DNA from: Octopus sinensis
Lineage: Eukaryota
Assembly: GCF_006345805.1 (NCBI RefSeq)
Contig: NC_043003.1
Span: 72,602,001-72,666,000 of the forward strand
DNA: 64,000 bases
Direction of reading: 5' to 3'
Part shown: piece by piece, positions 41,752 to 48,774 of the stretch
Layout of the letters: every line of letters begins with the position of its first letter
Numbering within the stretch: position 1 is the first letter of the stretch
Notes under the pieces: model-generated
Told to the model about the DNA's origin: nothing
The model's input: the letters and a program-made list of their open reading frames with translations, nothing else
Databases searched by the model: none
Position numbers and translations under genes: made by a program

Positions 41752-41922
41752 GCATAATTAAATTTCAGAATGAGATTGAAACAGTAATCGCTTGATAATG
41801 TAAAGTATAGAAGCCATCTTATCATGGCTAACCACGTTGGGGAGGGGGTGTTAGATAAAACTACAGTAACACCCCCTCCCCAATGTGGTTAGCCATGATA
41901 AGATGGCTTCTATACTTTACAT

Positions 41923-41967
<45 letters not shown>

Positions 41968-42955
41968 ATGTGTGTGTGTATATATATATATTCGTTTGTG
42001 TAGTGGGGATCAAAACACAGTCCAGCCATCATGAAACCTAAATATACAGCCCACAAGAAATAAATAAATATACAGTCCACAAGAAATCATAAATAATTTT
42101 TTAAATGGACAAAAATACAGAAACTAATAACTTACCTAAGGTAACTAACATATGTTGCTCTAACCATTCCCAGTCTCTGTGAATCTCTTTCTTATTGTTA
42201 GCTATAGCCACAGCTGAAAGACAAGTCAAATATATCATTATAGCCACACGTTAATGTAGGTGTATGTGATTATATATGCATATACATGTAGCAGTTACCA
42301 CCAAAAACATCAAGTACTTGAAAGTAACTTACTGTAGCTGACTTCTGAATTTGTTGTTTGGTGAAGAATTCTGTAGGGTGGAGTCTGGAAAGGAAAAACA
42401 AACATAAATAACAGAAAAACCAAATTAAATCAGAATGTGTTAAAATGGCTGTTTAGCATGCTGTGATGTCTTGTGCAAGTATCTTCACCTAGCCTTGGGT
42501 CAGCCAAAGCCTTGTGAAACAAACTGGGGCAAACAAACTTTGAAGGTCATTAGATGGATTGTACTTGTAATTCAAAGGTCATTACACTGTACCTGTCAAA
42601 GCAGATATCAATGACCTATCAGTGTTTTGACTATAAAAAAAAACACTGAACATAACAAGGATGTCTATTTAACTGTTCATCTGGATACACTAACAAAACT
42701 CAGCCAGATATATTTTCCAAGACTAACAAGCAACTTGACAATGGAACTTAGTCAGAACATTGCTAATTGATCAATTCCTTTCTGCAGGAAATATCTAAAC
42801 ACATGTAGCAGAGACAATGCAGTAGAAAAGAAGTTGCAAAAACCTTATTGTCTAACACGGTGTCCAGAGTTCCAACCAATAATCCGGTGATTCCACCACC
42901 TCCATAGCCTTTCCTTCGCTGTAGAACAAAAAACGGGTTGGCTCGTTCTACAACC
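7201..42955 (-). CDS. TBC1D9: Spliced CDS, partial at both ends: TBC1 domain family member 9/9B-like Rab GTPase-activating protein (GRAM-GRAM-TBC-EF-hand), 26 exons
   Basis: 26 exons with AG acceptors and GT donors join in compatible phases into one open frame (2708 nt). Motifs match the TBC1D9 family: [63 protein letters not shown]. The paralogue (9 vs 9B vs 8) cannot be resolved without a phylogeny. Confidence 0.95.
7737..8042. mobile_element. Complete 306-bp hAT-type MITE with 8-bp target-site duplication
   Basis: Termini TAGGGTGGAGCGAAAAA and TTTTTTGCTCCATTCTA; ATGCACAT at 7729-7736 and 8043-8050. Confidence 0.85.
8167..8358 (-). CDS. TBC1D9: TBC1D9 exon: [64 protein letters not shown]
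   Basis: ctttacag acceptor, GTGAGC donor, 192 nt; LTSCYW and EQY..DF.QF motifs. Confidence 0.96.
9119..10192 (+). mobile_element. Internally deleted piggyBac element with a PGBD-type transposase N-terminal remnant
   Basis: TTAA at 9115-9118 and 10193-10196; TIRs CCCTTTCGTTAC and GTAACAAAAGGG; ORF 9469-9804 with acidic N-terminus and LDYFFLLF...TNRYA...W, continuing past a stop as IIMGIRKLP. Confidence 0.9.
11291..11490. mobile_element. piggyBac-type MITE, degenerate; relatives at 10600-10820, 13751-13830 and 22381-22610
   Basis: ttaa-cccttttgatacc-like left end and ggtaacaaaa-g/agttaa-like right end, related to the TIRs of the 9119 element. Confidence 0.6.
11585..11683 (-). CDS. TBC1D9: TBC1D9 exon: [33 protein letters not shown]
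   Basis: atttctag acceptor, GTAAGT donor, 99 nt; ELE.LY.LF motif. Confidence 0.93.
12178..12288 (-). CDS. TBC1D9: TBC1D9 exon: [37 protein letters not shown]
   Basis: ccatgtag acceptor, GTAAGT donor, 111 nt; RLKV.Q motif. Confidence 0.94.
12565..12960 (+). mobile_element. Degraded mariner (DD34D-type) transposase fragment
   Basis: [43 protein letters not shown] correspond to mariner HDNARPH and HPPYSPDLAPSDY motifs. Confidence 0.85.
13510..13686 (-). CDS. TBC1D9: TBC1D9 exon: [59 protein letters not shown]
   Basis: cactgcag acceptor, GTGAGT donor, 177 nt; DGEAMTVL motif. Confidence 0.96.
15111..15171 (-). CDS. TBC1D9: TBC1D9 exon: [20 protein letters not shown]
   Basis: atctgtag acceptor, GTAAGT donor, 61 nt; DCFFY.G motif. 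Confidence 0.95.
15251..15605 (+). mobile_element. tRNA-derived SINE, head shared with 30998 and 59817 copies, different 3' tail
   Basis: B-box-like ggtttcaattccc, shared gtgtttattgagcgaaaacac-aaagctcc body, distinct tail ending ctggaaccctcgtcgtcgtaactgacggagtgcc. Confidence 0.75.
16568..16679 (-). CDS. TBC1D9: TBC1D9 exon: [36 protein letters not shown](S)
   Basis: gttgcag acceptor, GTGATA donor, 112 nt; WFLTLF motif. Confidence 0.96.
17482..17628 (-). CDS. TBC1D9: TBC1D9 exon: [48 protein letters not shown](G)
   Basis: attgccag acceptor, GTTTGT donor, 147 nt; YxQ glutamine-finger motif. Confidence 0.97.
18860..19260 (-). mobile_element. Highly degraded Tc1/mariner-superfamily transposase remnant, maT/rosa-like
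   Basis: Minus-strand [16 protein letters not shown] resembles the L.LKPYK..Q.L motif; many stops. Confidence 0.35.
19975..20152. repeat. Foldback: 73-bp arms around a 32-nt spacer containing a 16-bp perfect palindrome
   Basis: 19975-20047 vs 20080-20152 match at 71/73; GAAGGCTGCAGCCTTC at 20053-20068. Confidence 0.92.
20311..20405 (-). CDS. TBC1D9: TBC1D9 exon: [31 protein letters not shown](G)
   Basis: tatttag acceptor, GTGAGT donor, 95 nt. Confidence 0.96.
20510..20604 (-). CDS. TBC1D9: TBC1D9 exon: [31 protein letters not shown](R)
   Basis: attccag acceptor, GTAAAC donor, 95 nt; IxxDxxR arginine-finger motif. Confidence 0.96.
20670..21190 (-). mobile_element. RTE 3' end carrying a 25-bp minisatellite (GCACAAGTGCTTTCACATGGCAATA, about 8 copies)
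   Basis: catcat-ttaacatcc tail at about 20677; near-identical 25-mers from about 20928 to 21115. Confidence 0.8.
22134..22242 (-). CDS. TBC1D9: TBC1D9 exon, TBC start: [36 protein letters not shown]
   Basis: catttcag acceptor, GTAAGT donor, 109 nt. Confidence 0.96.
24284..24413 (-). CDS. TBC1D9: TBC1D9 exon: [42 protein letters not shown](K)
   Basis: atttcag acceptor, GTAAGT donor, 130 nt; W.IHF.EYG motif. Confidence 0.94.
24605..24645 (-). CDS. TBC1D9: TBC1D9 41-nt micro-exon: [13 protein letters not shown](E)
   Basis: attccag acceptor, GTTTGT donor. Phase 2 to 1 is exactly what is needed to join the flanking exons. No sequence conservation recognised. Confidence 0.75.
24915..25480 (+). 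mobile_element. R4/Dong-like non-LTR retrotransposon C-terminal fragments, interrupted by a SINE piece
   Basis: ETIDHIM...HDEV...LHWKL...YEH zinc-knuckle region; GSLGSV...[19 protein letters not shown] restriction-like endonuclease end. Confidence 0.65.
25710..25798 (-). CDS. TBC1D9: TBC1D9 exon: [29 protein letters not shown](D)
   Basis: long pyrimidine tract then cag acceptor, GTAAGT donor, 89 nt; resembles family F.NL.DRDFL..IS.FL. Confidence 0.9.
25825..26290 (+). mobile_element. R4/Dong-like reverse transcriptase fragment
   Basis: [23 protein letters not shown]...GMEFGISK corresponds to the LFMDDLKL...GMEFG..K pattern. Confidence 0.75.
27037..27156 (-). CDS. TBC1D9: TBC1D9 exon: [40 protein letters not shown]
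   Basis: tttttacag acceptor, GTGAGT donor, 120 nt. Confidence 0.93.
27481..27768 (-). mobile_element. Short non-autonomous element: tRNA(Ser)-like head, (AAT)n, tail with decayed hammerhead core, inverted 5' junction
   Basis: Minus strand: TGGCATAGTGGTTAAG...CTACTAA head; CTGATGA-A-GGCTG(10 nt)CAGCC-GAAC; 16-bp inverted repeat 27653-27668 and 27738-27753. Confidence 0.7.
27800..29227 (-). mobile_element. Rearranged RTE LINE: AP endonuclease and RT fragments
   Basis: VGTLKGR...[12 protein letters not shown]...GVGI endonuclease; [14 protein letters not shown]...GLRVN..KTK RT; 28493-28620 repeated at 29113-29227. Confidence 0.9.
30077..30209 (-). CDS. TBC1D9: TBC1D9 exon, GRAM 2: [44 protein letters not shown]
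   Basis: atttctag acceptor, GTAAGT donor, 133 nt. Confidence 0.96.
30998..31273 (+). mobile_element. tRNA-derived SINE (copy also at 59817-60093)
   Basis: A-box-like ccagtggttaggg and B-box-like ggtttcgatttcc; body and tail (gaaggctaaaacaatg...ctgatagcctggtc) shared with the 59817 copy. Confidence 0.8.
31528..31599 (-). CDS. TBC1D9: TBC1D9 exon: [23 protein letters not shown](R)
   Basis: gttccag acceptor, GTGAGT donor, 72 nt; LKRDLDA motif. Confidence 0.94.
32757..32810 (-). CDS. TBC1D9: TBC1D9 exon: [17 protein letters not shown](K)
   Basis: attctag acceptor, GTAAGT donor, 54 nt, phases fit both neighbours; GFEED motif. Confidence 0.9.
33330..33720 (+). mobile_element. Possible degraded hAT (TTF-zinc-finger type) transposase remnant
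   Basis: YGEK and GFNNWQNL resemble NGEK.R.WL and GF.DWKN motifs; many stops. Confidence 0.35.
34129..34205 (-). CDS. TBC1D9: TBC1D9 exon: [25 protein letters not shown](Q)
   Basis: ccttgcag acceptor, GTAAGT donor, 77 nt; ETFxLMEQL motif. Confidence 0.94.
36186..36251 (-). CDS. TBC1D9: TBC1D9 exon: [22 protein letters not shown]
   Basis: gtttgtag acceptor, GTAAGT donor, 66 nt. Confidence 0.92.
36330..36925 (+). mobile_element. Degraded RTE-clade LINE C-terminal fragment
   Basis: [27 protein letters not shown]...FKGMDKI corresponds to VE.F.YLGS.I...G....D...RI. Confidence 0.6.
36973..37415 (-). mobile_element. Composite SINE: tRNA/CORE-like head, internal (TA/TG)n, second module and tail
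   Basis: Near-identical reverse complement of 52364-52770. More diverged copies near 37440-37730, 48505-48920, 53815-54185, 62240-62470 and 63760-63890. Confidence 0.85.
37778..37911 (-). CDS. TBC1D9: TBC1D9 exon, GRAM 1: (Y)[44 protein letters not shown]
   Basis: ttcccag acceptor, GTAACT donor, 134 nt; highly conserved GRAM sequence. Confidence 0.97.
38110..38945 (+). mobile_element. RTE LINE linker and RT N-terminal fragment
   Basis: ORF 38259-38606 ([17 protein letters not shown]...KTGKVPSPS); later [14 protein letters not shown] and DMEKAFDRV. Confidence 0.88.
39210..39296 (-). CDS. TBC1D9: TBC1D9 exon: (V)[28 protein letters not shown], start of GRAM 1
   Basis: atttccag acceptor, GTAAGT donor, 87 nt. 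Confidence 0.94.
39454..39503. repeat. 23-bp hairpin with 4-nt loop
   Basis: CTGACAAAATTCCGTGCTGCATC-ATGC-GATGCAGCATGGAATTTTGTCAG, one G-T mismatch. Confidence 0.9.
39847..39894. repeat. 48-bp perfect spacer-less palindrome
   Basis: ATAAATATAAGAGAGTAACCACCA|TGGTGGTTACTCTCTTATATTTAT. Confidence 0.92.
40088..40174 (-). CDS. TBC1D9: TBC1D9 exon: (G)[28 protein letters not shown]
   Basis: atttgcag acceptor, GTAATA donor, 87 nt; FENE motif. Confidence 0.93.
41537..41925. repeat. Tandem duplication (214-bp period) of a unit containing a foldback with about 58-bp arms
   Basis: Units start at 41537 and 41751; arms 41581-41639 and 41653-41709 with a 13-nt spacer; both units preceded by (TA)n. Confidence 0.92.
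42136..42213 (-). CDS. TBC1D9: TBC1D9 exon: (T)[25 protein letters not shown]
   Basis: tctttcag acceptor, GTAAGT donor, 78 nt; WEWLEQ motif. Confidence 0.94.
42333..42384 (-). CDS. TBC1D9: TBC1D9 exon: [17 protein letters not shown]
   Basis: cctttccag acceptor, GTAAGT donor, 52 nt, phase 0 to 1; resembles family APYRIL motif. Confidence 0.92.
42844..42955 (-). CDS. TBC1D9: TBC1D9 exon, first one found: (W)[37 protein letters not shown]
   Basis: tttgcag acceptor, GTTTTT donor, 112 nt; strong family N-terminal motif. Confidence 0.95.
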
Positions 42956-43213
42956 CTGCAAAATATACAATACATGACATTGGTTAGTGACAAGTAGATG
43001 TGTATGGGGGAGAAACAACAAGACTAGGGTTACATACACAATATAAGCAATATTAATGATCTCAAGTCATATAGAATATTAAAAAACATATATGCTTATA
43101 TAATATGATACTATGCATTATGATATAATTATACATATATATCTGTGTGTAATTACCTATATATCTCATCATCACCATCTAACGTCCATTGTCTATCAGC
43201 CTATCTACCTACC

Positions 43214-43372
43214 TATATTTCTATCTATCCATCTCCATTGTCTTGGAATCTCACCCCAAAAAACAAAAACAGTGTTCTCTTCTAAACAAAACCTCACAAA
43301 AACATCTGTTTTATATAAATGAACAAGCTGTTTGTACATTCACAAAATTGTATTTGACAAGTTCTATATATA

Positions 43373-43378
<6 letters not shown>
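43214..43378 (+). repeat. Left arm of a 165-bp inverted repeat (partner 47067-47231)
   Basis: Hand alignment to the reverse complement of 47067-47231 gives 6 substitutions. Confidence 0.92.
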
Positions 43379-43417
<39 letters not shown>

Positions 43418-43861
43418 ATATATATATGTATATATATGTATGTATATATATATGTATGATATATATATGTATATATATATATAATATATATATATATATG
43501 GTATTTAGTATATATATTGTATGTATGTATATATATATATATATATGTATGTATATAATATATATATATATGTATGTATGTAATGTATATATATGTATGT
43601 ATGTAGGTATATTATATATGTATGTATGTATAGATATGTATGTATGTTATGTATATATATGTATGTATGTATAGTATTATATGTATGTATATATGTATGT
43701 ATGTATTATACTATATGTATTAGTATATATATTATATATATGTAATATATATATATATATGATATATATATAGTATTATATATATATATATATATTATAT
43801 GTATATATATATATATATGTATATATGTATATATATTATATATGTATATATATATATGTAT
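43379..43861. repeat. Complex (TA)n/(TATG)n microsatellite
   Basis: Direct inspection. Confidence 0.95.
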
Positions 43862-46352
43862 AATCCTTAAATCCTTAAAAATGTTTTAGCCCGAGGCCGC
43901 GGCCATGCTGGGGCACCACCGCTGAATGAGCTACACTAGTTTGTGAATCCACCTCTGATACGTGGCACTTGATCAACAAGGGAGTTCGATGCTGCTGCCC
44001 GCATCCGTGTCTCCTGTCGTGAGGTAGGTTCATCTGGGACTCCAACAAGAAGAGATCCAGTTTAGTTTTAAAGAAACCCACATCCACACCATGTAAGTCT
44101 CTCAGGCATTTAGGGAGGATGTTAAAGAGCTGTGGTCCTCTGAAACCCAAGCTGTTGCAGTATCTGGACCTGTATTTTGATGGTGATGTTGGAATCCTTG
44201 GCACCACGCAGCGGCGCCCCGTTCTGCGGTTGGAGTAACTTTGAATGCCAAAGTTTGGGACAAGACTCTCCAGGATTTTCCAGATGTATATCACTGCATA
44301 TCTCTCCCGCCTCCGCTCCAGGGAGAAGAGGTTTAATACCTTCAGTCTTTCCCAGTAGCTGACATTTTGCATTGAGACGATTTTCTTTGTGTAGCTTCTC
44401 TGAGTTGCTTCGAGTTCTGCTGTTGTTTTATATTGTGTGGTGACCAAAGTTGGGAGCAGTAGTCCAAGCGGCTGAGGACAAATGTTTTCCATAGGACCAT
44501 CAGTGTCTCCTTCTCTCTTGTTCTGAAAGTTCGGAGAATCCATCCAGCTAGCCGTCTGCATTTTATCACCAGATTAGAAATATGCATTTGGAAAGATGCA
44601 TCATTGCTCATGTCAATGCCCAGGTCACGCACTGATTTTGACTCAGGGATTGCAATTCTTCCTGGGCCAGTGTATCCAGTTTTCACGTCATTTACCTTTG
44701 TGTGCCAGTAGCGCAGGGCCTAGAACTTACCTGCATTAAACTGCATGTTGTTGTCCTCAGCCCACCTGTATATTGTGTCCAGCTCATGTTGCAGATGCGC
44801 AATATTTTCAGGGTTTTGTATTGCGTGGGAGACTTTTGTGTCATCTGCATAGCTAGCAAGGGTGGTCATCGTAGCAACTGAAGGCATGTCTGAAAGGGCC
44901 ACTATGAACATCAGTGGCCCCAAGACAGTGCCCTGTGGGACACCGCTTGTTATTTGCGTTTCCCTGGAGGTGGCTCCATTGCTCACAACTGCCTGTTTTC
45001 TGTCTTTTAGGAAGTTGTGCAGCCACTCTCCAAGTTTCCCGCCTATGCCGAGACCACGCAGTTTGTGACAGATCATACCATGGTCGACTTTACATCCACA
45101 TTTGAGCCATTTAGTAGCTGTTTCAACACCCTGTCATAGTGTTGCAGGAGCTGTGTTAGGCAGACTCTACCTGGTCGAAATCCATGCTGGGTGTCGGACA
45201 GTAAGTCATTTTCTTCAAGGAACATGATTATTTTCTTACGGACTATTTGTTCCATGACTTTGCTGATGTGTGAGGTCAGAGAGAGGGCCTATAATTTTTA
45301 GCATCTGCTCTGCTACCTCCCTTATGGATAGGGCATATTACCCCCTCTTTCAGTTTGACTGGGAGCTTACCACTTGCAAGAAAGCTCTGAAAAAGAAGCT
45401 GTAGCGGTTTTGCAAGGGCTCGTTTGCACGATTTGAGAAGGATCGCTGGGAATCCATCAGGTCCAGCAGCTGAGTTTGTGTCAATCTCATCAATGGCTAG
45501 TGTGATATCATCTTCTTCGATGTTGATGTACTCAATTTTTGTCCTTTTGGCCGCTGGTAAAGTGGCAAAGAATTCTTCTGGGTTGTTACTTGCCTGTGTC
45601 CTAGAGGTGTAGTGAACACACTTTGGAACTGTTCGTTCAGTATTTCACTTATCCTCGTGGGATTTCCTGTGAGAGAGCCATCTTTTTGGAAGAGAGGTCC
45701 TATTCTCTGGTGCACTGTGGCTGTCTCTTTGGCAAACTTAAAGAAAGCTTTAGGGTTTGATTTTATATTTTCTATTACCCAAGCTTCTTTATCTGCTCTC
45801 TCCTTTTCATGGGACTGATGTAGACTTTTCTCAGTTTCCATTAGCATTCTTTCGAGCCGAGACTTCTCACCACTTTTGGTGTGCTTGCTCAGGTGGTTTG
45901 CAATCCTTGTCCGTCGTCTCATAAGAATCCTCCTTTCTCTAGGGATCCTGTTTTTGTTCTTGTGTGTGCTGGCCCTGCACATTGGGACATATTTGTCACA
46001 TATGGCTTGTATTATGGACATGAAGTGTTTGTGTTTCATGTTTATGTCCGGTGTGGAGAGACATTCAGGCCAATCCTGTTTGAGGATCTCTTTCTCAATC
46101 GACTTCCAGTTGGCTTTATGAAAGTTTAAGTTGGAGAGATGGTGGGTGCTTCGTATAGGCTGTGTGTCTGCGGGGGCTTTTGTTCCATACATAGAGATCA
46201 TTGTCGGCATCACATTAACATTATGGATAATATCCATATTGTTTGTGAAGCAGAGATCCAGTATATTATCTGCCCTTGTTGGTTGCAGAACTATTTGCTC
46301 CATGAAAGAGGTATTTGTGAGATGGAGCAGGGACTCCACCTGTGCCTGCTGA
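43862..46352 (-). mobile_element. 5'-truncated CR1-type LINE: end of AP endonuclease, RT and C-terminus, intact 3' end; inactivated
   Basis: ORFs 45497-46339, 45073-45255, 44720-45076 (QGTVLGP, YADDTK), 44342-44686 and 43875-44561 (SYWERLKVLNLFSLERRR). 3' end (TTTAAGGA)2. The D..KAFD motif is deleted near 45090; several frameshifts. Confidence 0.92.
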
Positions 46353-46359
46353 TGGTGTA

Positions 46360-46799
46360 TTTATGTATTTATGTATATACATACATAAATATATATACAT
46401 ATATATATATATGCATACATAAATATATATACATATATATATATATGCATACATAAATATATATACATACATATATATATATATATGCATACATAAATAT
46501 ATATACATACATATATATATATATATGCATACATAAATATATATACATACAATATATATATATACACATATATATATATATATATATACATACATAAATA
46601 TATATACATATATATATATATATATATGCATACATAATATATATACATACATATATATTATATATATATATAATATATATATATATATACATACATAAAT
46701 ATATATACATACATATATACATACATATATACATACATACATATATACATACATATATACATACATATATACATACATATATACATACATATACATACA

Positions 46800-46831
<32 letters not shown>

Positions 46832-46975
46832 CTTACATATATATACTTACATATATATATAAATGCATACATATATATATATATATATATACTTACATAT
46901 ATATACTTACATAATATATATATGCATACATATATATATATATATATACTTACATATATATATACATACATACAC
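46360..46975. repeat. Complex (TA)n/(CATA)n microsatellite with 40-bp higher-order unit
   Basis: GCATACATAAATATATATACATAC(AT)8 recurs at 46447, 46487 and 46527. Confidence 0.93.
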
Positions 46976-47066
46976 CTCACCCCCTCTCTCAGTTCCTCAA
47001 CTTCACTCATTCTCTCTTGTATCTATATACCGCCCTCTTTCTCTCTCTCTCTCTGTTACTCCCCCT

Positions 47067-47231
47067 CACACATATATATAGAACTTGTCAAATACAATTT
47101 TGTGAATGTACAAACAGCTTGTTCATTTATATAAAACAGATGTTTTTGGGGGGTTTTGTTTAGAAGAGAACATTGTTTTTATTTTTTGGGGTGGGGTTCC
47201 AAGACAATGGAGATGGATAGATAGAAATATA
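47067..47231 (-). repeat. Right arm of the 165-bp inverted repeat (partner 43214-43378)
   Basis: Same alignment as the left arm. Confidence 0.92.
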
Positions 47232-47315
47232 TATATGTATATTATATATATATATATGTATATATATGTGTATATATATATGTATATATATGTGTATATA
47301 TATGTATATATATGT

Positions 47316-47346
<31 letters not shown>

Positions 47347-47461
47347 GTATATATGTATATATATATGTGTATATATATATATATATAGTATATATATATG
47401 TATATATGTATATATATATATATATATATATTATGTGGTGTGTATATATATATATATATGT

Positions 47462-47510
<49 letters not shown>

Positions 47511-47555
47511 GTGTTATATATATATATATGTATGTATTTATATATATATGTATGT
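47232..47555. repeat. Complex (TA)n/(TATG)n microsatellite
   Basis: Direct inspection. Confidence 0.93.
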
Positions 47556-48039
47556 AAAGGCAGCAGAAAATATAACAAAAGCTGTTACTCAGGGTATCAC
47601 ATTCCCGTTCATCATACAGTTTTGTTAAAATAGAACCGAAATAATGATAGGATCAAAACTAGTTAAAGGATACACCTTTAAAACTGGATTTGTTTCATTG
47701 GTCCTTTCAATTAACGGTCTTGAGCATGCAATAAACAAAATAAATGAATTCAATAAAAACTCATCCTATTATAAAAATCGAGGAAAACCTTAAATCGAAG
47801 AGCAGATTCAAAATAAATATTGTAAATAATTAATACATTAAAATTAAAATTTTCATGCTGCATTACATAAATATTTTACAACAGTATATATGCATACTAG
47901 ACTATCTAAAATATACATATATATATACACCAAAAAACACAGATAGAGGCACACAGACTACATACATATACAGACATATATATGTAATACATAAATATAT
48001 GTACATAAATACACAATTACGCTCGCATGCGAAAATCAC

Positions 48040-48345
48040 TTGGTGTATACATATAGATGTTATAACAGACAAGCTAGATGAGTTTTGATACCCTGAAAAT
48101 AGGACAAAGACCAGCCTTGCTAAATATATCTTGGAATTAAAAGAGAATGAAACCCGACCTTTCAACATGACATGGAGAATTTTAGATAGAGCTTCACCTT
48201 ACAAGCACGGTGCACAGTAAAGACCCTTCAAATGTGAGTTATGTCTACTGGAAAAATATGTCTTATTCCAGGACAATAGTGCTTTAAATCAAAGACATGA
48301 ACTCTTGAATCCCTTGCAGACATGCAGCTAAAGTTAAAATGTCGC
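48040..48345 (+). mobile_element. Penelope-like element GIY-YIG endonuclease C-terminal remnant
   Basis: YPENRTKTSLAKYILELKEN...MTWRILDRASPY..*..KCELCLLEKY...ALNQRHELLN..CRHAAK. Confidence 0.8.
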
Positions 48346-48729
48346 CTAACAATGTACCATATGAAAAGTATATATTTTTTGATTCTTGGACTAGTTTTTA
48401 ACCAGACTGTTGAATTTGTTTCTTAAAGATAGATAGATGGATGGATGGATGGGTAGATAGATAGATACACACACATATGTACACTCATACAAATACATAC
48501 ATCCTATCTTTTATCATTTACTTGTTTTAATTGCAGACTACACTGCAACCATGCTGGAGCACCGACTTGAATTTTAGATAAACAGATCAACACATGTACT
48601 TGTTTTTTTTTCACCATGATACATATTTCATCAGCCTCTTTTGCTGAACTGCTAAGTTATAGGGACATAAACACACCAACACCAGTTGTCAAGTGGTGGA
48701 CACACACAGATGTATGTTTGTGTGTGTAT

Positions 48730-48774
<45 letters not shown>

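Noticed and set aside
43189-47633. Long Y/I/C/M-rich ORFs (also 49231-49537 and 60774-61589)
   Set aside because: Stop-free translations of (TA)n/(CA)n microsatellites.
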